Assembly: GCA_011364925.1 (NCBI GenBank)
Contig: RDOA01000008.1
Span: 36,629 to 100,628, forward strand
Source: Promethearchaeota archaeon
GTDB lineage: Archaea > Asgardarchaeota > Lokiarchaeia > Sigyniarchaeales > SOKP01
Direction of reading: 5' to 3'
Length of the DNA stretch: 64,000 nt
The notes beneath the pieces are model-generated. The model made no database searches. It was not told the DNA's origin and worked only from the letters and a program-made list of their open reading frames with translations. Made by a program: the position numbers and the translations under genes. This document shows positions 29,981 to 40,238 of the stretch, one piece after another; position 1 is the stretch's first letter; each line of letters starts with the position of its first letter.

Positions 29981-30950
29981 GTTCCATAAAGACTTTATTG
30001 GTTTTAGCTACAATCCCTGACTTTGCTTTATAAATCTTCATGGCATTCATTTTTGAGATCCCAAAACCTATTAATTCTTTTTTAAGAGTCATATAGACAA
30101 CTTGTAAATCTGGTTTAATCCTTGCATCAATATAGCATACTCCTGCAGAAGCTAAATCTGCACCATGGCATAATGCATCAACTGCTGTATCTCTTACATA
30201 GATTTTAGGCAAATGAGAAACCATTTTTTCCATAGGTGAAATGATCTTTCTCAAATAATACTCCTCTCCCTCAAATCTATATAAAGAATAAGAATCCTTT
30301 AAATTTTGAAGGGTAATTAAACTGTTATCTTCTTTAAAATGTCCAACTCTAGTTCTCCTAAGTTCTAACATGTGAGCGCCTGAGCATAGCGCTTCACCAA
30401 TGTCAAAACATAACTTTCGAATGTAGGTCCCCGCTTCACATCCAACTTTAAATAAGATGTGATTATTATTCACTTCAAGGACGCTCGCATAGTAAATTTC
30501 CCTAATTCTTAATTTTCTTACTACTGATGATTTAATAGGAGGCGTTTGATAAATTTTCCCCGTAAATAATTTAAATGCTTTTTCTATCTTTTTTAATGTC
30601 ATGGGAGCGTGCAAATACATAACTCCAACATACTCTTTACCTGCATCTAGTAAAGCAGATAAAACTCGAGTAGCTTTACCTAGTGCGCAAGGGAGAATTC
30701 CCGTTACCTTTGGATCCAACGTACCTCCATGCCCTACATTATCAATTTCTAATATTTTACGTGCCCAAGATACTACTTCATGACTTGTTGGTCCCCTAGG
30801 TTTATCTAAATTTATAACGCCGTACTTTAAGAGATCTTCAATATCCCTGTTATTAGGGTCACACCCATAATCTTTATTTGTCGTATCTTGTGATTTTACT
30901 ATTAGTTGTTCTGGTTCATCAGAGGGTAGTTTATATTCTGATTTGGACAT
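29940..30950 (-). CDS. cbf5: H/ACA RNP pseudouridine synthase Cbf5 (TruB family + PUA)
   Basis: INLDKPRGPTSHEV, GHGGTLDPKVTG (catalytic Asp) and a C-terminal PUA domain. Confidence 0.9.
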   Translation of the reverse strand: MSKSEYKLPSDEPEQLIVKSQDTTNKDYGCDPNNRDIEDLLKYGVINLDKPRGPTSHEVVSWARKILEIDNVGHGGTLDPKVTGILPCALGKATRVLSALLDAGKEYVGVMYLHAPMTLKKIEKAFKLFTGKIYQTPPIKSSVVRKLRIREIYYASVLEVNNNHILFKVGCEAGTYIRKLCFDIGEALCSGAHMLELRRTRVGHFKEDNSLITLQNLKDSYSLYRFEGEEYYLRKIISPMEKMVSHLPKIYVRDTAVDALCHGADLASAGVCYIDARIKPDLQVVYMTLKKELIGFGISKMNAMKIYKAKSGIVAKTNKVFMERGTYPRWDEIKKN

Positions 30951-31096
30951 TTGGCTTAATTTGAAAAGAATTTTATTATAGGTTGTTAATTTTTTGCAAA
31001 ATTAATTTCTATCGTTCTAATGATCAAAATTTTTAAAATTGAAAATCTTCAATCATAAAAAATGATCGCAAGTAATATCCCGAGAATAGATAAATG

Positions 31097-31200
31097 CGGG
31101 CCATGTGGGAATTTCGCATTGCTTCATAACGAAAAAATGTATCGAACCCACGACCTTCAGGTTAAAAGCCTGCTGCGCTACCTGCCTGCGCTAATGGCCC
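31097..31200 (-). tRNA. tRNA-Lys(UUU) with 30-nt non-canonical intron in the T-loop
   Basis: The minus strand reads GGGCCAT-TA-GCGC-AGGCAGGTA-GCGC-A-GCAGG-CTTTTAA-CCTGA-AGGTC-GTGGG-TTCGA[..30 nt..]TT-CCCAC-ATGGCCC-G. It has a 7-bp acceptor stem and anticodon TTT. The insert is framed by a bulge-helix-bulge: T stem, 3-nt bulge ATT, 4-bp helix TTCG/CGAA, 3-nt bulge ATA, inner helix CATT/AATG. Confidence 0.75.
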
Positions 31201-31354
31201 GGAAAATCACCCTTGAGAGCGTTTATTAATCAAGGGAGATTGAATTTATAAATATATTTTTTGATAATCGTCAATTTAACTTAAATTTTATCTTTTCTTG
31301 TGATCTTCTATAAATCTATAATAGATTCGAAGATAGAATCTTCAACTCAAGTTG

Positions 31355-31918
31355 CTACTTCACTATTAAATTGGAAAACTTAACAGCAAAATCTTTAATT
31401 TGTGTCCAGTCTCGAAAATCGTGTAATCTGCCTTCAGGATCCATCACTCCATATTCATTTTTCATAATTCCGATTACTATTTTCCTTGTTATGCCAGTAA
31501 TTGCCGATTCATTAGTTAAATCGTAAACTCCTCCAAACGCATCAATTAGGGCAGGCATCAATCCAATATCTTCTAACTTTAATGTAATATATTTATTTAT
31601 CGCGGTCTTTATTTTGGTTTGCTCTGAAGCTTCTCCACAGCATACGTAGAATCCTAAATTATCCTGTATTTTATTTAATTCAGATTTTCTTTTATTAACA
31701 AAATTCTTCATAGATTTTGTCCATCGTCCCATCATAATTCCTGTACCCAGAAGAACACCATCATAATCTTTTAACGGAGGAATTTTCTTTGAAGGATATT
31801 CTTTTAAATCATAACTTTCAGTTACTATACCCTTCGCTTTAATAATCTTTTCAATTTCATCCGAAATCCCTCTAGTCGTTCCATATCTCGTTCCGTATAA
31901 AACTAATGCTTTACTCAT
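31355..31918 (-). CDS. flavodoxin-domain protein
   Basis: N-terminal MSKALVLYGTRYGTTRGISDEI FMN-phosphate loop. Confidence 0.7.
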   Translation of the reverse strand: MSKALVLYGTRYGTTRGISDEIEKIIKAKGIVTESYDLKEYPSKKIPPLKDYDGVLLGTGIMMGRWTKSMKNFVNKRKSELNKIQDNLGFYVCCGEASEQTKIKTAINKYITLKLEDIGLMPALIDAFGGVYDLTNESAITGITRKIVIGIMKNEYGVMDPEGRLHDFRDWTQIKDFAVKFSNLIVK

Positions 31919-32029
31919 TAAATTCCTTCTCTCAATTATAAGATTTTAAATTTATTCCTTAAATTCTAATATTCTTAGTAATATTTAACTAATTTGAGTA
32001 ACCTACTGGTTCAAAATAAAATTTAGAAA

Positions 32030-33046
32030 TTATTCAAAATGTTGATAACCATGAATTTTTAATTCTTCTCTTTTGTCTTCCTTGCAAAGATACACCTTTT
32101 CTTCAGATATTGCTTTTCCAACCCTTATTAATGTCCCACCATGAGAATTTACCAGAACTTTAGCTTCTTCGTAATCTTCGGGATGAACTGTAAACAAATG
32201 AATAAACTCCTCACCTCCATTTACAATTAGCTTTTCTAAAGATATATTAAATTCAAGTGAATACTTGAACGCCTCCGAATCTATTAAATTTTCATCAAAT
32301 TCAATTTCAAAACCTATGCCCTTATTTGATAACATTAAATCTCGCAAAGATTTGACTAAACCATCTGATGAGTCAATACTAGCGCTAGCTAAACATCTAT
32401 CTGATAAAAGATAAGATTCTAATTCTGATATCTTTGGCTCTAAAACGCTCATTATTGCCCGATTATATTTAGAATATTCTTCAACCCTTCCCTTTCTCTC
32501 AAGAAGGATATCGAATCCTACACTTGTTAAGCCGAATTTTTTATTTATTATCAGAATATCCCCTTTATTAATCCCCTTTCGATAAATAATCTTTTCTGGA
32601 TTCTTAAACCCAAAAACAGTAGGATTAATAATTACTTCTTTTGATTTATTAAGATCTCCTCCAAGATACTGCAAATTCCATTTATTAGAATATTCAATAA
32701 TGCCTCTAATTAATTCTTTAAATTCCGATACTAGTAGTTTAGGAGGTAAACCTAATGATATAATAATTCCTATTGGTTTTACACCCTTTACCACTAAATC
32801 ACTAATATTCATGAGAACAGATTTTCGTCCCATCTGATAAAAATTCATTTGTTTGGGAGCGTCAGTTGTCGCATTAAACATATCTGAGTTTAGGACGAGT
32901 ACATCTTTATCTTTTCCGTCATCAAGGTGAAAAAAGAAGGAATCATCTCTAATTAATTGTTTACCTGTTATTTCAATAATTTTTTCTTCTATGAGGTGGA
33001 TTAACTTTACTTCTCCTAATGAATTAATGGGAATATTTTCATTCAT
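32030..33046 (-). CDS. thiL: AIR-synthase-related (PurM superfamily) protein, thiamine-monophosphate kinase-like
   Basis: RDDSFFF, LNSDMF..ATTD, MNISDLVVKGVKP and GGDLN resemble ThiL motifs. The family assignment within the PurM superfamily is tentative. Confidence 0.6.
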   Translation of the reverse strand: MNENIPINSLGEVKLIHLIEEKIIEITGKQLIRDDSFFFHLDDGKDKDVLVLNSDMFNATTDAPKQMNFYQMGRKSVLMNISDLVVKGVKPIGIIISLGLPPKLLVSEFKELIRGIIEYSNKWNLQYLGGDLNKSKEVIINPTVFGFKNPEKIIYRKGINKGDILIINKKFGLTSVGFDILLERKGRVEEYSKYNRAIMSVLEPKISELESYLLSDRCLASASIDSSDGLVKSLRDLMLSNKGIGFEIEFDENLIDSEAFKYSLEFNISLEKLIVNGGEEFIHLFTVHPEDYEEAKVLVNSHGGTLIRVGKAISEEKVYLCKEDKREELKIHGYQHFE

Positions 33047-33097
33047 GAGAAAATTTTATAATTTTTTGAGATTTATCTTTATTATATTCAATTATAA

Positions 33098-33169
33098 GCC
33101 TCTGTGGCTTAGCGGTAGAGCAACAGATTCGTAATCTGTAGATCGGGGGTTCAAATCCCCCCAGAGGCT
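33098..33169 (+). tRNA. tRNA-Thr(CGU)
   Basis: GCCTCTG-TG-GCTT-AGCGGTA-GAGC-A-ACAGA-TTCGTAA-TCTGT-AGATC-GGGGG-TTCAAAT-CCCCC-CAGAGGC-T. A perfect 72-nt cloverleaf with no encoded CCA. Confidence 0.9.
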
Positions 33170-33173
33170 CTAT

Positions 33174-34190
33174 TTAAACCTCTTGTGTTTCTATATATTT
33201 TTTTATAATTTGAAGAGCGAGCATTCTAAAAGCGTCATTTATGTTCTCTCCTGTCTTTGCGGATGTTTCAAGATAAGTTAATTTTAATTTCTGCGATAAG
33301 GCTTCTCCTTCTTCCGTTGAAACAACTCGTTCTTCTTTTAAATCTATCTTATTTCCTACTAAAATAAGGACAATGTTAGGAGAAGCCTTCATAATCTCAC
33401 TATACCAATTTATGTCTATGTTTTCAAAACTTTCTCGATTAGTTACATCGTAGACTAAAATTCCCGCTTCAGCATTTGCTAAGTATGACATTCTAACCCG
33501 TTTAAATTGAGCTTGCCCCGCTAAGTCCCATATCACAAACCTAACAGTGCTTTCAAGCTCTTTGAAAGAACATTCCTTTTTCATGATCGATGTTCCAATC
33601 GTAGATTTATAATCTTTTGCAAAAACATTTTCTACATATCGATGTACCATACTCGTTTTTCCCACCGCTCCATCTCCACCGAGAATCAATTTAAAAGCGT
33701 ATTCTTTAGATTTGACTTTAACTTGTTGAACTCTATCTACTTTTCGTTGGATTTGAGAACCTCCAGAATTTATTACTAATTTTGGGATGACGGGACTCAC
33801 AGTTCTTCCGTCAAAGATTCGTGATATTTTTTCAGCTGCTAAATAGGCATAAGGGAAAACCTCATCTACTCCAGATAAAGAATCTAAAACCGTAACAAGA
33901 ACAGCTTCGGGTCCTGACTCGCAGAATATGAACCTATAATCTTCGGTATCAAAAGTACCCGTTCCAAATGAGCCGGAACTAAATTCTTCGGTAATCCTAG
34001 ATAAAACTGGCTCAACCAAAGCACTTACCCCTCCAATAATCTCTTCATTTAATGAATTCTCTGAAGAGCCAATTAAAGAGTCCATAATTAAACCATCCCG
34101 GTTTACGACGAGGACTGCGATTAAATCCTCACCTAAACTCTGTTTATACCATTGGAGTAAGGCTTTTAACTTTTTTGTGTCAATCGACAT
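33174..34190 (-). CDS. roadblock/LC7 domain - Rab/Ras-like GTPase fusion protein
   Basis: N-terminus: LIAVLVVNRDGLIMDSL..GGVSALVEPVL..AVLVTVLD (roadblock-like). C-terminus: GDGAVGKTS, DYKSTIG, WDLAGQAQF, GNKIDL, ETSAKTG. ATG 34190 is preferred over TTG 34199. Confidence 0.85.
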   Translation of the reverse strand: MSIDTKKLKALLQWYKQSLGEDLIAVLVVNRDGLIMDSLIGSSENSLNEEIIGGVSALVEPVLSRITEEFSSGSFGTGTFDTEDYRFIFCESGPEAVLVTVLDSLSGVDEVFPYAYLAAEKISRIFDGRTVSPVIPKLVINSGGSQIQRKVDRVQQVKVKSKEYAFKLILGGDGAVGKTSMVHRYVENVFAKDYKSTIGTSIMKKECSFKELESTVRFVIWDLAGQAQFKRVRMSYLANAEAGILVYDVTNRESFENIDINWYSEIMKASPNIVLILVGNKIDLKEERVVSTEEGEALSQKLKLTYLETSAKTGENINDAFRMLALQIIKKYIETQEV

Positions 34191-34459
34191 CTTTTTCAAG
34201 TTCTTTTTTCTAAGGTCATCATATTCTAATCATACCAATTATATTAATATTTAAAACTTATGAATAAAAATTTTGTTAAATATTTACAACCAAAGCAAGT
34301 GTTATTTTCATCTCTTAATTTCAGTATCTAACTTACTTCACTATTTTCTAGTCAAAAAACCAAAGCTATAAAAAAAAAAATTTTTAACGATTTTATTCTT
34401 TAATGCTATTAAGTTCGAGAAGATAATTAAATTATCATCTGCTTTTCCTTAGATTAGTT

Positions 34460-34544
34460 GCAGGAGTCGCCAAGCCTGGTCAAAGGTGCTAGACCGAGGC
34501 TCTAGTCTCATAGGAGTTCGAGGGTTCAAATCCCTCCTCCTGCA
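34460..34544 (+). tRNA. tRNA-Leu(GAG), class II (long variable arm)
   Basis: GCAGGAG-TC-GCC-AAGCCTGGTCAAA-GGT-G-CTAGA-CCGAGGC-TCTAG-TCTCATAGGAGTTC-GAGGG-TTCAAAT-CCCTC-CTCCTGC-A, with discriminator A. The anticodon loop has C at position 33. Confidence 0.85.
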
Positions 34545-34699
34545 CTTTTCCGAATATACGATCTTCTTGGAAAGGTAATTATGAAAGAAAATTAAAATTT
34601 AACGCATATATAAAAAGCTGATGTGTATTAAGAAATTTTTAAGCACATCTTTAAGCTTAGAATTAAACCCTTTAAATATCACGATCAATTATGTAAGAT

Positions 34700-37600
34700 T
34701 CAAAAGAAACTAGACAATTTTTGTTGCTTTATTCTAGGATTATTTGTGAGACTTTCTACATATTCTTCAATTAGTTCCATTCTTTGAAGCGTATAATTAT
34801 CTAACTTAAAGTCTTTACATAGTTTTAAAGCTCTAGGAATGTATTTTTCTATACCTCCTCGATTAACAGTCAATATAATTTTATTTCCACATTTCGGACA
34901 CTTTCCTGCGTTTGAAATTGGTGGACGAGTGAATTTTTCATTACATTTTATACACCGAAAATTCTGCACAGCAAATTTTCTTAAATTTCCTAGGATATCC
35001 GGATTAAAGTGAGTAGCTAAAATTTTTTCAGCGACTTTCTTCTCGTTCACAGCTTTGATAATTTTCGCAAGGTACAATTGAGCTTCGATTTTTTCTTCCA
35101 TAGTGGTATAAGTTTTATACGCCGTAGTTATCGGACCCTCGTTGATATTTCTGGTCGGCATATTAAAGCCAAGATTTATATATTGCTCTGGAGTTCCTAA
35201 GCGCTTTTTTACAAGCTTCATGTAATCTTCAATTTCAACGGGCATAACATATTTCTGAGTCGCTCGATAAAATTCTAAGGGGTATTTATAGAGGGTGTCA
35301 ATGTTATGTGCTTCGCTATCTATTTCATTTGGATCTAGTACGGAAGAAATTACGAGTGTTGCGTCCATTCTACCTCCTATTTTACTCGGTAGATAGTATC
35401 TAGAAAAATTTAATAGCGGATCTAACAGAAGCATTATCCCATCCTCATCCCCATCGCAGTTTCTTCGCTTAGCAGCGTGCCAAAATGGGTGAGCGTATAT
35501 TGATCGAGCGGGTGTAAAACCAATGATCCTTCCCACAATACCAGCACTTGTATGTGGTGCTAATCCAACGACCAAATGACCTATCAATCCGTTCCTTTCT
35601 GTGATATGGTAAAATCTATCCATTTTATAGAAGAATTCTAACTCATCATCTATGAACTTAGCAATCTTCACGAAATAATCTGCACAATCATCAGATAAAA
35701 TGACATCTTGCACTTGTAGTTCTATTATTTGATCTTGATTGGTTAAATCATTATTCTTATAATCCTTTTTGTATCCTAGTTCGTGTAATCTACTTATAGA
35801 GGTTGTGATTTCTTGTGGTTTAAAGTGAGTTAATGGGATATCGGTGGCATCGTAACGTATTTCAGCAGTTTTATAAACCATCAATCCGTTTTTAGCTCTT
35901 AACATTCCCTTGGCGATTGGTTCTGGAACTTTAAACTTATTTGTTAAACCAAGAATCCCTTTAAACTTGTTTGGTAATGTTATGTTGAGTGAACTTGAAA
36001 TTGTCTTAATATAATTTTTGATGTTGAAAGACGCTTCTTTGGAGTATTGTAATATTTCTCCGCATTGATGGCATTTTTCTTCGTTTTTAGGATAATATTT
36101 ATTGCATTTTTGACATATCTTCTGAAACTCTGTATGTGTTCCACAATTGGGGCAAGTATTAAAGGGTGTAATTGTTTTACATTTAGGACATTTTTTTCTG
36201 CAAATATCAATTTTCACCTTTCCGATTTCTGCAGCTTTCCCTACAGATCGAGTATTCCCCACTTTATCGCTAAGTGGAAATAAACTTTGAACACCTTTCA
36301 TGCTTTTTCGCTCAGATTTCTCAGGACGCCCCATGCGAGTACCCATATAATATGGAGCCTTATTCCTAATTTCTATAGGTGAAAACATTGAAAATAAAGT
36401 AAAAACATCACTGTTTTCGGGCAATTTATTAGCTTTTTCTCGTTTTAAATCAAATATGGATGTGAAGATTGTAGTTCTAGAATCATCTAATAAGATATTA
36501 TCATCACTAATTGTATGGGAAATAAACGCTTTTTCTAAAACCTCCTTCAATTCTTGAGTTACCTTTAAACCTATTTTATGACTTTCCTCACTATACGCTG
36601 AAACCATAGCTTCTCTTAACAGAATTAGTTCTTTTCCAGTGAGATTTCCCCAAAAATCAGTATATTCAGGATGGAGAGGGATACTATACTCCTTTGCGAT
36701 ACGGATTGCCTCTGTAGGTGAAGGTATGTTATTAAATGGATCCTGAATGTATTTTATCAACTCTAAATTTGTCTTTTGCTTGATATTTATAGCTTCCTCT
36801 AATTCCAAAGCCCACCATTCTTCAACATAACCTGAAGGGACTAATCTATGATTATTTTCAGAAAATTCACCGAACCCAAAAAGAATATCGCCCAAAAACA
36901 AAACTTTTTCTATGTTTTGAAAGCATTCCTTTGCCATTTTCAAGTTCGTAATTTTTGTTATAGTCCCATCTTTCAGCTTTACGATTGGGGGTTCGATTGA
37001 GCTGACTGGACAGATACTAGTGCTTTTTCCTGGTCTTTCAATTCTTAATTGAGTTCCAATTGCAATAAAATTGTCTAAAAGTGTCATTGTTGCGGGATGT
37101 AAACCGGCTGCAGCTAGTCCCGTGTTTCGGGATCTACCATATCGAATTCTATGACCTCCTATCTCAGAGGGATGGCTAAAAACTGGTCTCCCAGCGATGA
37201 TATCCGCAACATACTTAGAATTTGGTGAAATGAACGACTTTTTTGCTATACTAGAAATATCTGTATTAGTTTTCTTTTCGCCCTTCTGTGCGATGTCTTT
37301 TAGCTTTTTAAGCCAATCCCAACCTTCTAAGTTCATACTTTTAGCAATCTTCAGTAATTTTGGAGCTTTAAGGAGAATTCCATCATTTAAAACAAGGCAA
37401 GCGCCACCTCTTATCTTATTCGTTTCAATTCTTGGAAGATTTCTAAACGCAGAAACTTCTTCATCTTCTGTGGAATCTCCATTAATTTCTACAGGTAAGT
37501 GTTCTACAGCAAATCGGATCTCGTCATTTGAAGAGGGATATTGTAAATGAACTCGTCTATCATAAAGTTTAACCTCTTCGACATACCTCCCGATTTCACC

Positions 37601-38134
37601 CTCAGTTGCGTTATATTTAGGTATATTCGATTTTTTTCTTACATAATCTGCAATTAAAATGCACAAAGCTGCTGTTGTTCCTCCTGCAGCCCTAATAGGA
37701 CCTGCAAAATATAGGGATAAGTATTTATTACGGTGCTGATCCTCTCGTATTAATATTTTAGATATTCCTTCTAGCGGGGCACTAACAACACCCATTGTTT
37801 TAATAGCAAGCCCAACTCGTATTGATCTTTCAACTCTTTCTTCAATGGATTCAATATTTCCAATATTCTTGCTAAGAATTTCAGAAACAACTTTAAATAC
37901 TATCTCATCTTCAGATTTCCCTTGGCTTTTTAGTTTTCTAATTATATCAGCTACTCCTTTAGGGCCTACTAATTTTTCAACTCTCCCAGCTAAATCTTTT
38001 GCTTGAGGTGATTCAACGAAGACTTCAGGATCTAACCCTTTTTGACGAGCTTTTTCAGCAATTTCATAGCACTCATCTACATTTTCCTGTAAATTAGAAA
38101 AATATGCTGCTGTATCTTTACTCATTTCTACCAT
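34700..38134 (-). CDS. dp2: DNA polymerase II (PolD) large catalytic subunit DP2
   Basis: 1144 aa. Multiple Zn modules (CPKCK..CPNCG, CQKC..CHQCG, CIKC..CPKCG). Conserved GHLVVGLAPHTSAGIVGRIIGF and NCDGDEDG motifs. No intein-sized insertion. Confidence 0.95.
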   Translation of the reverse strand: MVEMSKDTAAYFSNLQENVDECYEIAEKARQKGLDPEVFVESPQAKDLAGRVEKLVGPKGVADIIRKLKSQGKSEDEIVFKVVSEILSKNIGNIESIEERVERSIRVGLAIKTMGVVSAPLEGISKILIREDQHRNKYLSLYFAGPIRAAGGTTAALCILIADYVRKKSNIPKYNATEGEIGRYVEEVKLYDRRVHLQYPSSNDEIRFAVEHLPVEINGDSTEDEEVSAFRNLPRIETNKIRGGACLVLNDGILLKAPKLLKIAKSMNLEGWDWLKKLKDIAQKGEKKTNTDISSIAKKSFISPNSKYVADIIAGRPVFSHPSEIGGHRIRYGRSRNTGLAAAGLHPATMTLLDNFIAIGTQLRIERPGKSTSICPVSSIEPPIVKLKDGTITKITNLKMAKECFQNIEKVLFLGDILFGFGEFSENNHRLVPSGYVEEWWALELEEAINIKQKTNLELIKYIQDPFNNIPSPTEAIRIAKEYSIPLHPEYTDFWGNLTGKELILLREAMVSAYSEESHKIGLKVTQELKEVLEKAFISHTISDDNILLDDSRTTIFTSIFDLKREKANKLPENSDVFTLFSMFSPIEIRNKAPYYMGTRMGRPEKSERKSMKGVQSLFPLSDKVGNTRSVGKAAEIGKVKIDICRKKCPKCKTITPFNTCPNCGTHTEFQKICQKCNKYYPKNEEKCHQCGEILQYSKEASFNIKNYIKTISSSLNITLPNKFKGILGLTNKFKVPEPIAKGMLRAKNGLMVYKTAEIRYDATDIPLTHFKPQEITTSISRLHELGYKKDYKNNDLTNQDQIIELQVQDVILSDDCADYFVKIAKFIDDELEFFYKMDRFYHITERNGLIGHLVVGLAPHTSAGIVGRIIGFTPARSIYAHPFWHAAKRRNCDGDEDGIMLLLDPLLNFSRYYLPSKIGGRMDATLVISSVLDPNEIDSEAHNIDTLYKYPLEFYRATQKYVMPVEIEDYMKLVKKRLGTPEQYINLGFNMPTRNINEGPITTAYKTYTTMEEKIEAQLYLAKIIKAVNEKKVAEKILATHFNPDILGNLRKFAVQNFRCIKCNEKFTRPPISNAGKCPKCGNKIILTVNRGGIEKYIPRALKLCKDFKLDNYTLQRMELIEEYVESLTNNPRIKQQKLSSFF

Positions 38135-38332
38135 ACTAAACGCACTTTAAAGCAGTTAAAAAACTTTTAATATTGAAAATTAGACACATATTTTTAAATT
38201 CTAACTTTTTAGATAAAATATTTTATTAATAGGTTAGTTGAATATTATTCCGTATAATAATTTGAGGAGATTTACAGTTTATAGTGAAAGTATGAGATTT
38301 GATACGCACTCCTATTACTTAAAAAAATTTGT

Positions 38333-40168
38333 TTGTTCTTTAATAATAAACAATTTAACTGTAATTTTCATAAAAATATTAATTCTACACTGGACAAGAT
38401 TGATTTGAAGAACGAGATATTCGAGCAGAAGCAAATCATATTAAAGAAATTAGTTAATTCTGGAATTAATATTAGTCCTAAAATGTTAGAGTGTGTGTTA
38501 AACCTCAAAAATCCAATAAAAAGTATAAACACGCTTATTAAGGAAACTAGTTTTATTCCTTCATTTAAAAGCCATTTAACAGAAACGATTGTCAACGAAT
38601 TATCAAACGAAGAATTACGAAAAACACTAAAGCGAGCTCTATCTAAATCGCTTCCTATTCATTTAAAGGAAGAAACTGAAAACGATGTCAAGAAGACTCT
38701 CAACATATTAAATGTGAAAAATATCAATAACGATATTGAACCTTTGATTAACCAGCAACTAATAGAACCTAATGAACTTGATGAAATGAGTAAAGCGACG
38801 GCTAATTTCTCAACCGTTCTAACACCAAATACGAAAAAAAATACAGAGCCATTCCATGGAACAACTAAATCAGTCTTTGCATTTAAACCTCGAGCGAAAG
38901 ATTACGATTCTCAATTTGAGATAATAAGTGACCCAACTGGGAAATTATATACCAACGGTGAATATGAAGATTTTTATCAATTGACCGTCGATAAATACAA
39001 CAAGCTTAGAAATCTCATGAAAAAAAGACCAGAAGCGAGAGCTGCTACGAATATTAATAATATCTATAGATTATCAAATAATGTGGAAATCTCTACAATC
39101 GGGTTAGTAGAAAATATACATCATACGAAAAAAGGGAATGTTATATTCACTATAGAGGATTTAACGGGTAAGATTAGTGTCCTCATACAAAATAATTCCA
39201 ATAACTTAGAAATTCTTAATATAATGGAGAGAACTTTTCGCGACCAGATGATTTTTGTCAGAGGCTCGTACAATCCTGGAGAAGGTGGAAGAAAAGGAAT
39301 AATATTTGCAAATTACATTTCTAAAATTGACATACCAACAGACTTTAAACCAAATGTTTCTCCTGATCCCTTATCTATTGCATTAATCTCTGACACTCAC
39401 ATAGGTAGTAAAGAATTTGAGGAAGATTTGTTTAAGAAATTCCTTAATTTTTTGAATGGAAAAAGCAATAATAAGGTTTTAAGGGAACACGCAGCTAGAA
39501 TTAAATACATCGTTATAAATGGTGATTTAATTGATGGTATAGGTATCTATCCAAGACAGAATGAAGATTTAATTCTATCTAATATTTTTGACCAATTTAA
39601 TAAAGCCTCAGAATTATTGTCAGAAATTCCAGAATACATTAAAGTTTTTTATATATCGGGTAATCATGAACCTGTTAGAAATGCTATCCCTCGGCCTGCT
39701 GTACCTAGTAAATATTGTGAAGAATTAATTAATCTTGGGATAGTTTGCTTGGGTAATCCTTCTCTTATTAAAACTCATAATGTTAATACACTGATATACC
39801 ATGGAGAGAGCATGCACGATTTAAATAGATTAATACACGATTTAGATATTAATAAACCCACTGAAACTATGAAAGAATTCCTCATATGTAGGCATCTAGC
39901 TCCTGTGTTTGGCGAGAAAACACAATTAGCACCTATCAATAATGATCTACTTGTATTGAATAAAATTCCAGATATTTTTCACACAGGACATATTCACATT
40001 AATGGAATTGGAAAATATAGAAACGTAACGCTTATTAATTCTGGGTGTTTTCAAGCGCAAACAGATTTTATGAGGAGTTTTGGAATAATTCCAACACCAG
40101 GTATTGTACCTATAGTTGAACTTGACACATTAAACTATTTCCAATTAGACTTTAATAAGTTTAATTAA
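38333..40168 (+). CDS. dp1: DNA polymerase II (PolD) small exonuclease subunit DP1
   Basis: N-terminal ILKKLVNSGINISPKMLECVL domain, OB region, and calcineurin-like phosphoesterase motifs (SDTHIGS, INGDLIDG, GNHE, GHIH). There is no ATG upstream of the conserved N-terminal helix, so the start must be TTG 38333 or TTG 38405. Confidence 0.9.
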   Translation: MFFNNKQFNCNFHKNINSTLDKIDLKNEIFEQKQIILKKLVNSGINISPKMLECVLNLKNPIKSINTLIKETSFIPSFKSHLTETIVNELSNEELRKTLKRALSKSLPIHLKEETENDVKKTLNILNVKNINNDIEPLINQQLIEPNELDEMSKATANFSTVLTPNTKKNTEPFHGTTKSVFAFKPRAKDYDSQFEIISDPTGKLYTNGEYEDFYQLTVDKYNKLRNLMKKRPEARAATNINNIYRLSNNVEISTIGLVENIHHTKKGNVIFTIEDLTGKISVLIQNNSNNLEILNIMERTFRDQMIFVRGSYNPGEGGRKGIIFANYISKIDIPTDFKPNVSPDPLSIALISDTHIGSKEFEEDLFKKFLNFLNGKSNNKVLREHAARIKYIVINGDLIDGIGIYPRQNEDLILSNIFDQFNKASELLSEIPEYIKVFYISGNHEPVRNAIPRPAVPSKYCEELINLGIVCLGNPSLIKTHNVNTLIYHGESMHDLNRLIHDLDINKPTETMKEFLICRHLAPVFGEKTQLAPINNDLLVLNKIPDIFHTGHIHINGIGKYRNVTLINSGCFQAQTDFMRSFGIIPTPGIVPIVELDTLNYFQLDFNKFN

Positions 40169-40238
40169 GGTTAGTGACCAAAAGCACAATAGGTGTATTA
40201 AAATAAGTTTTACAGTACCTCGTAATAATCTTTCAGAA

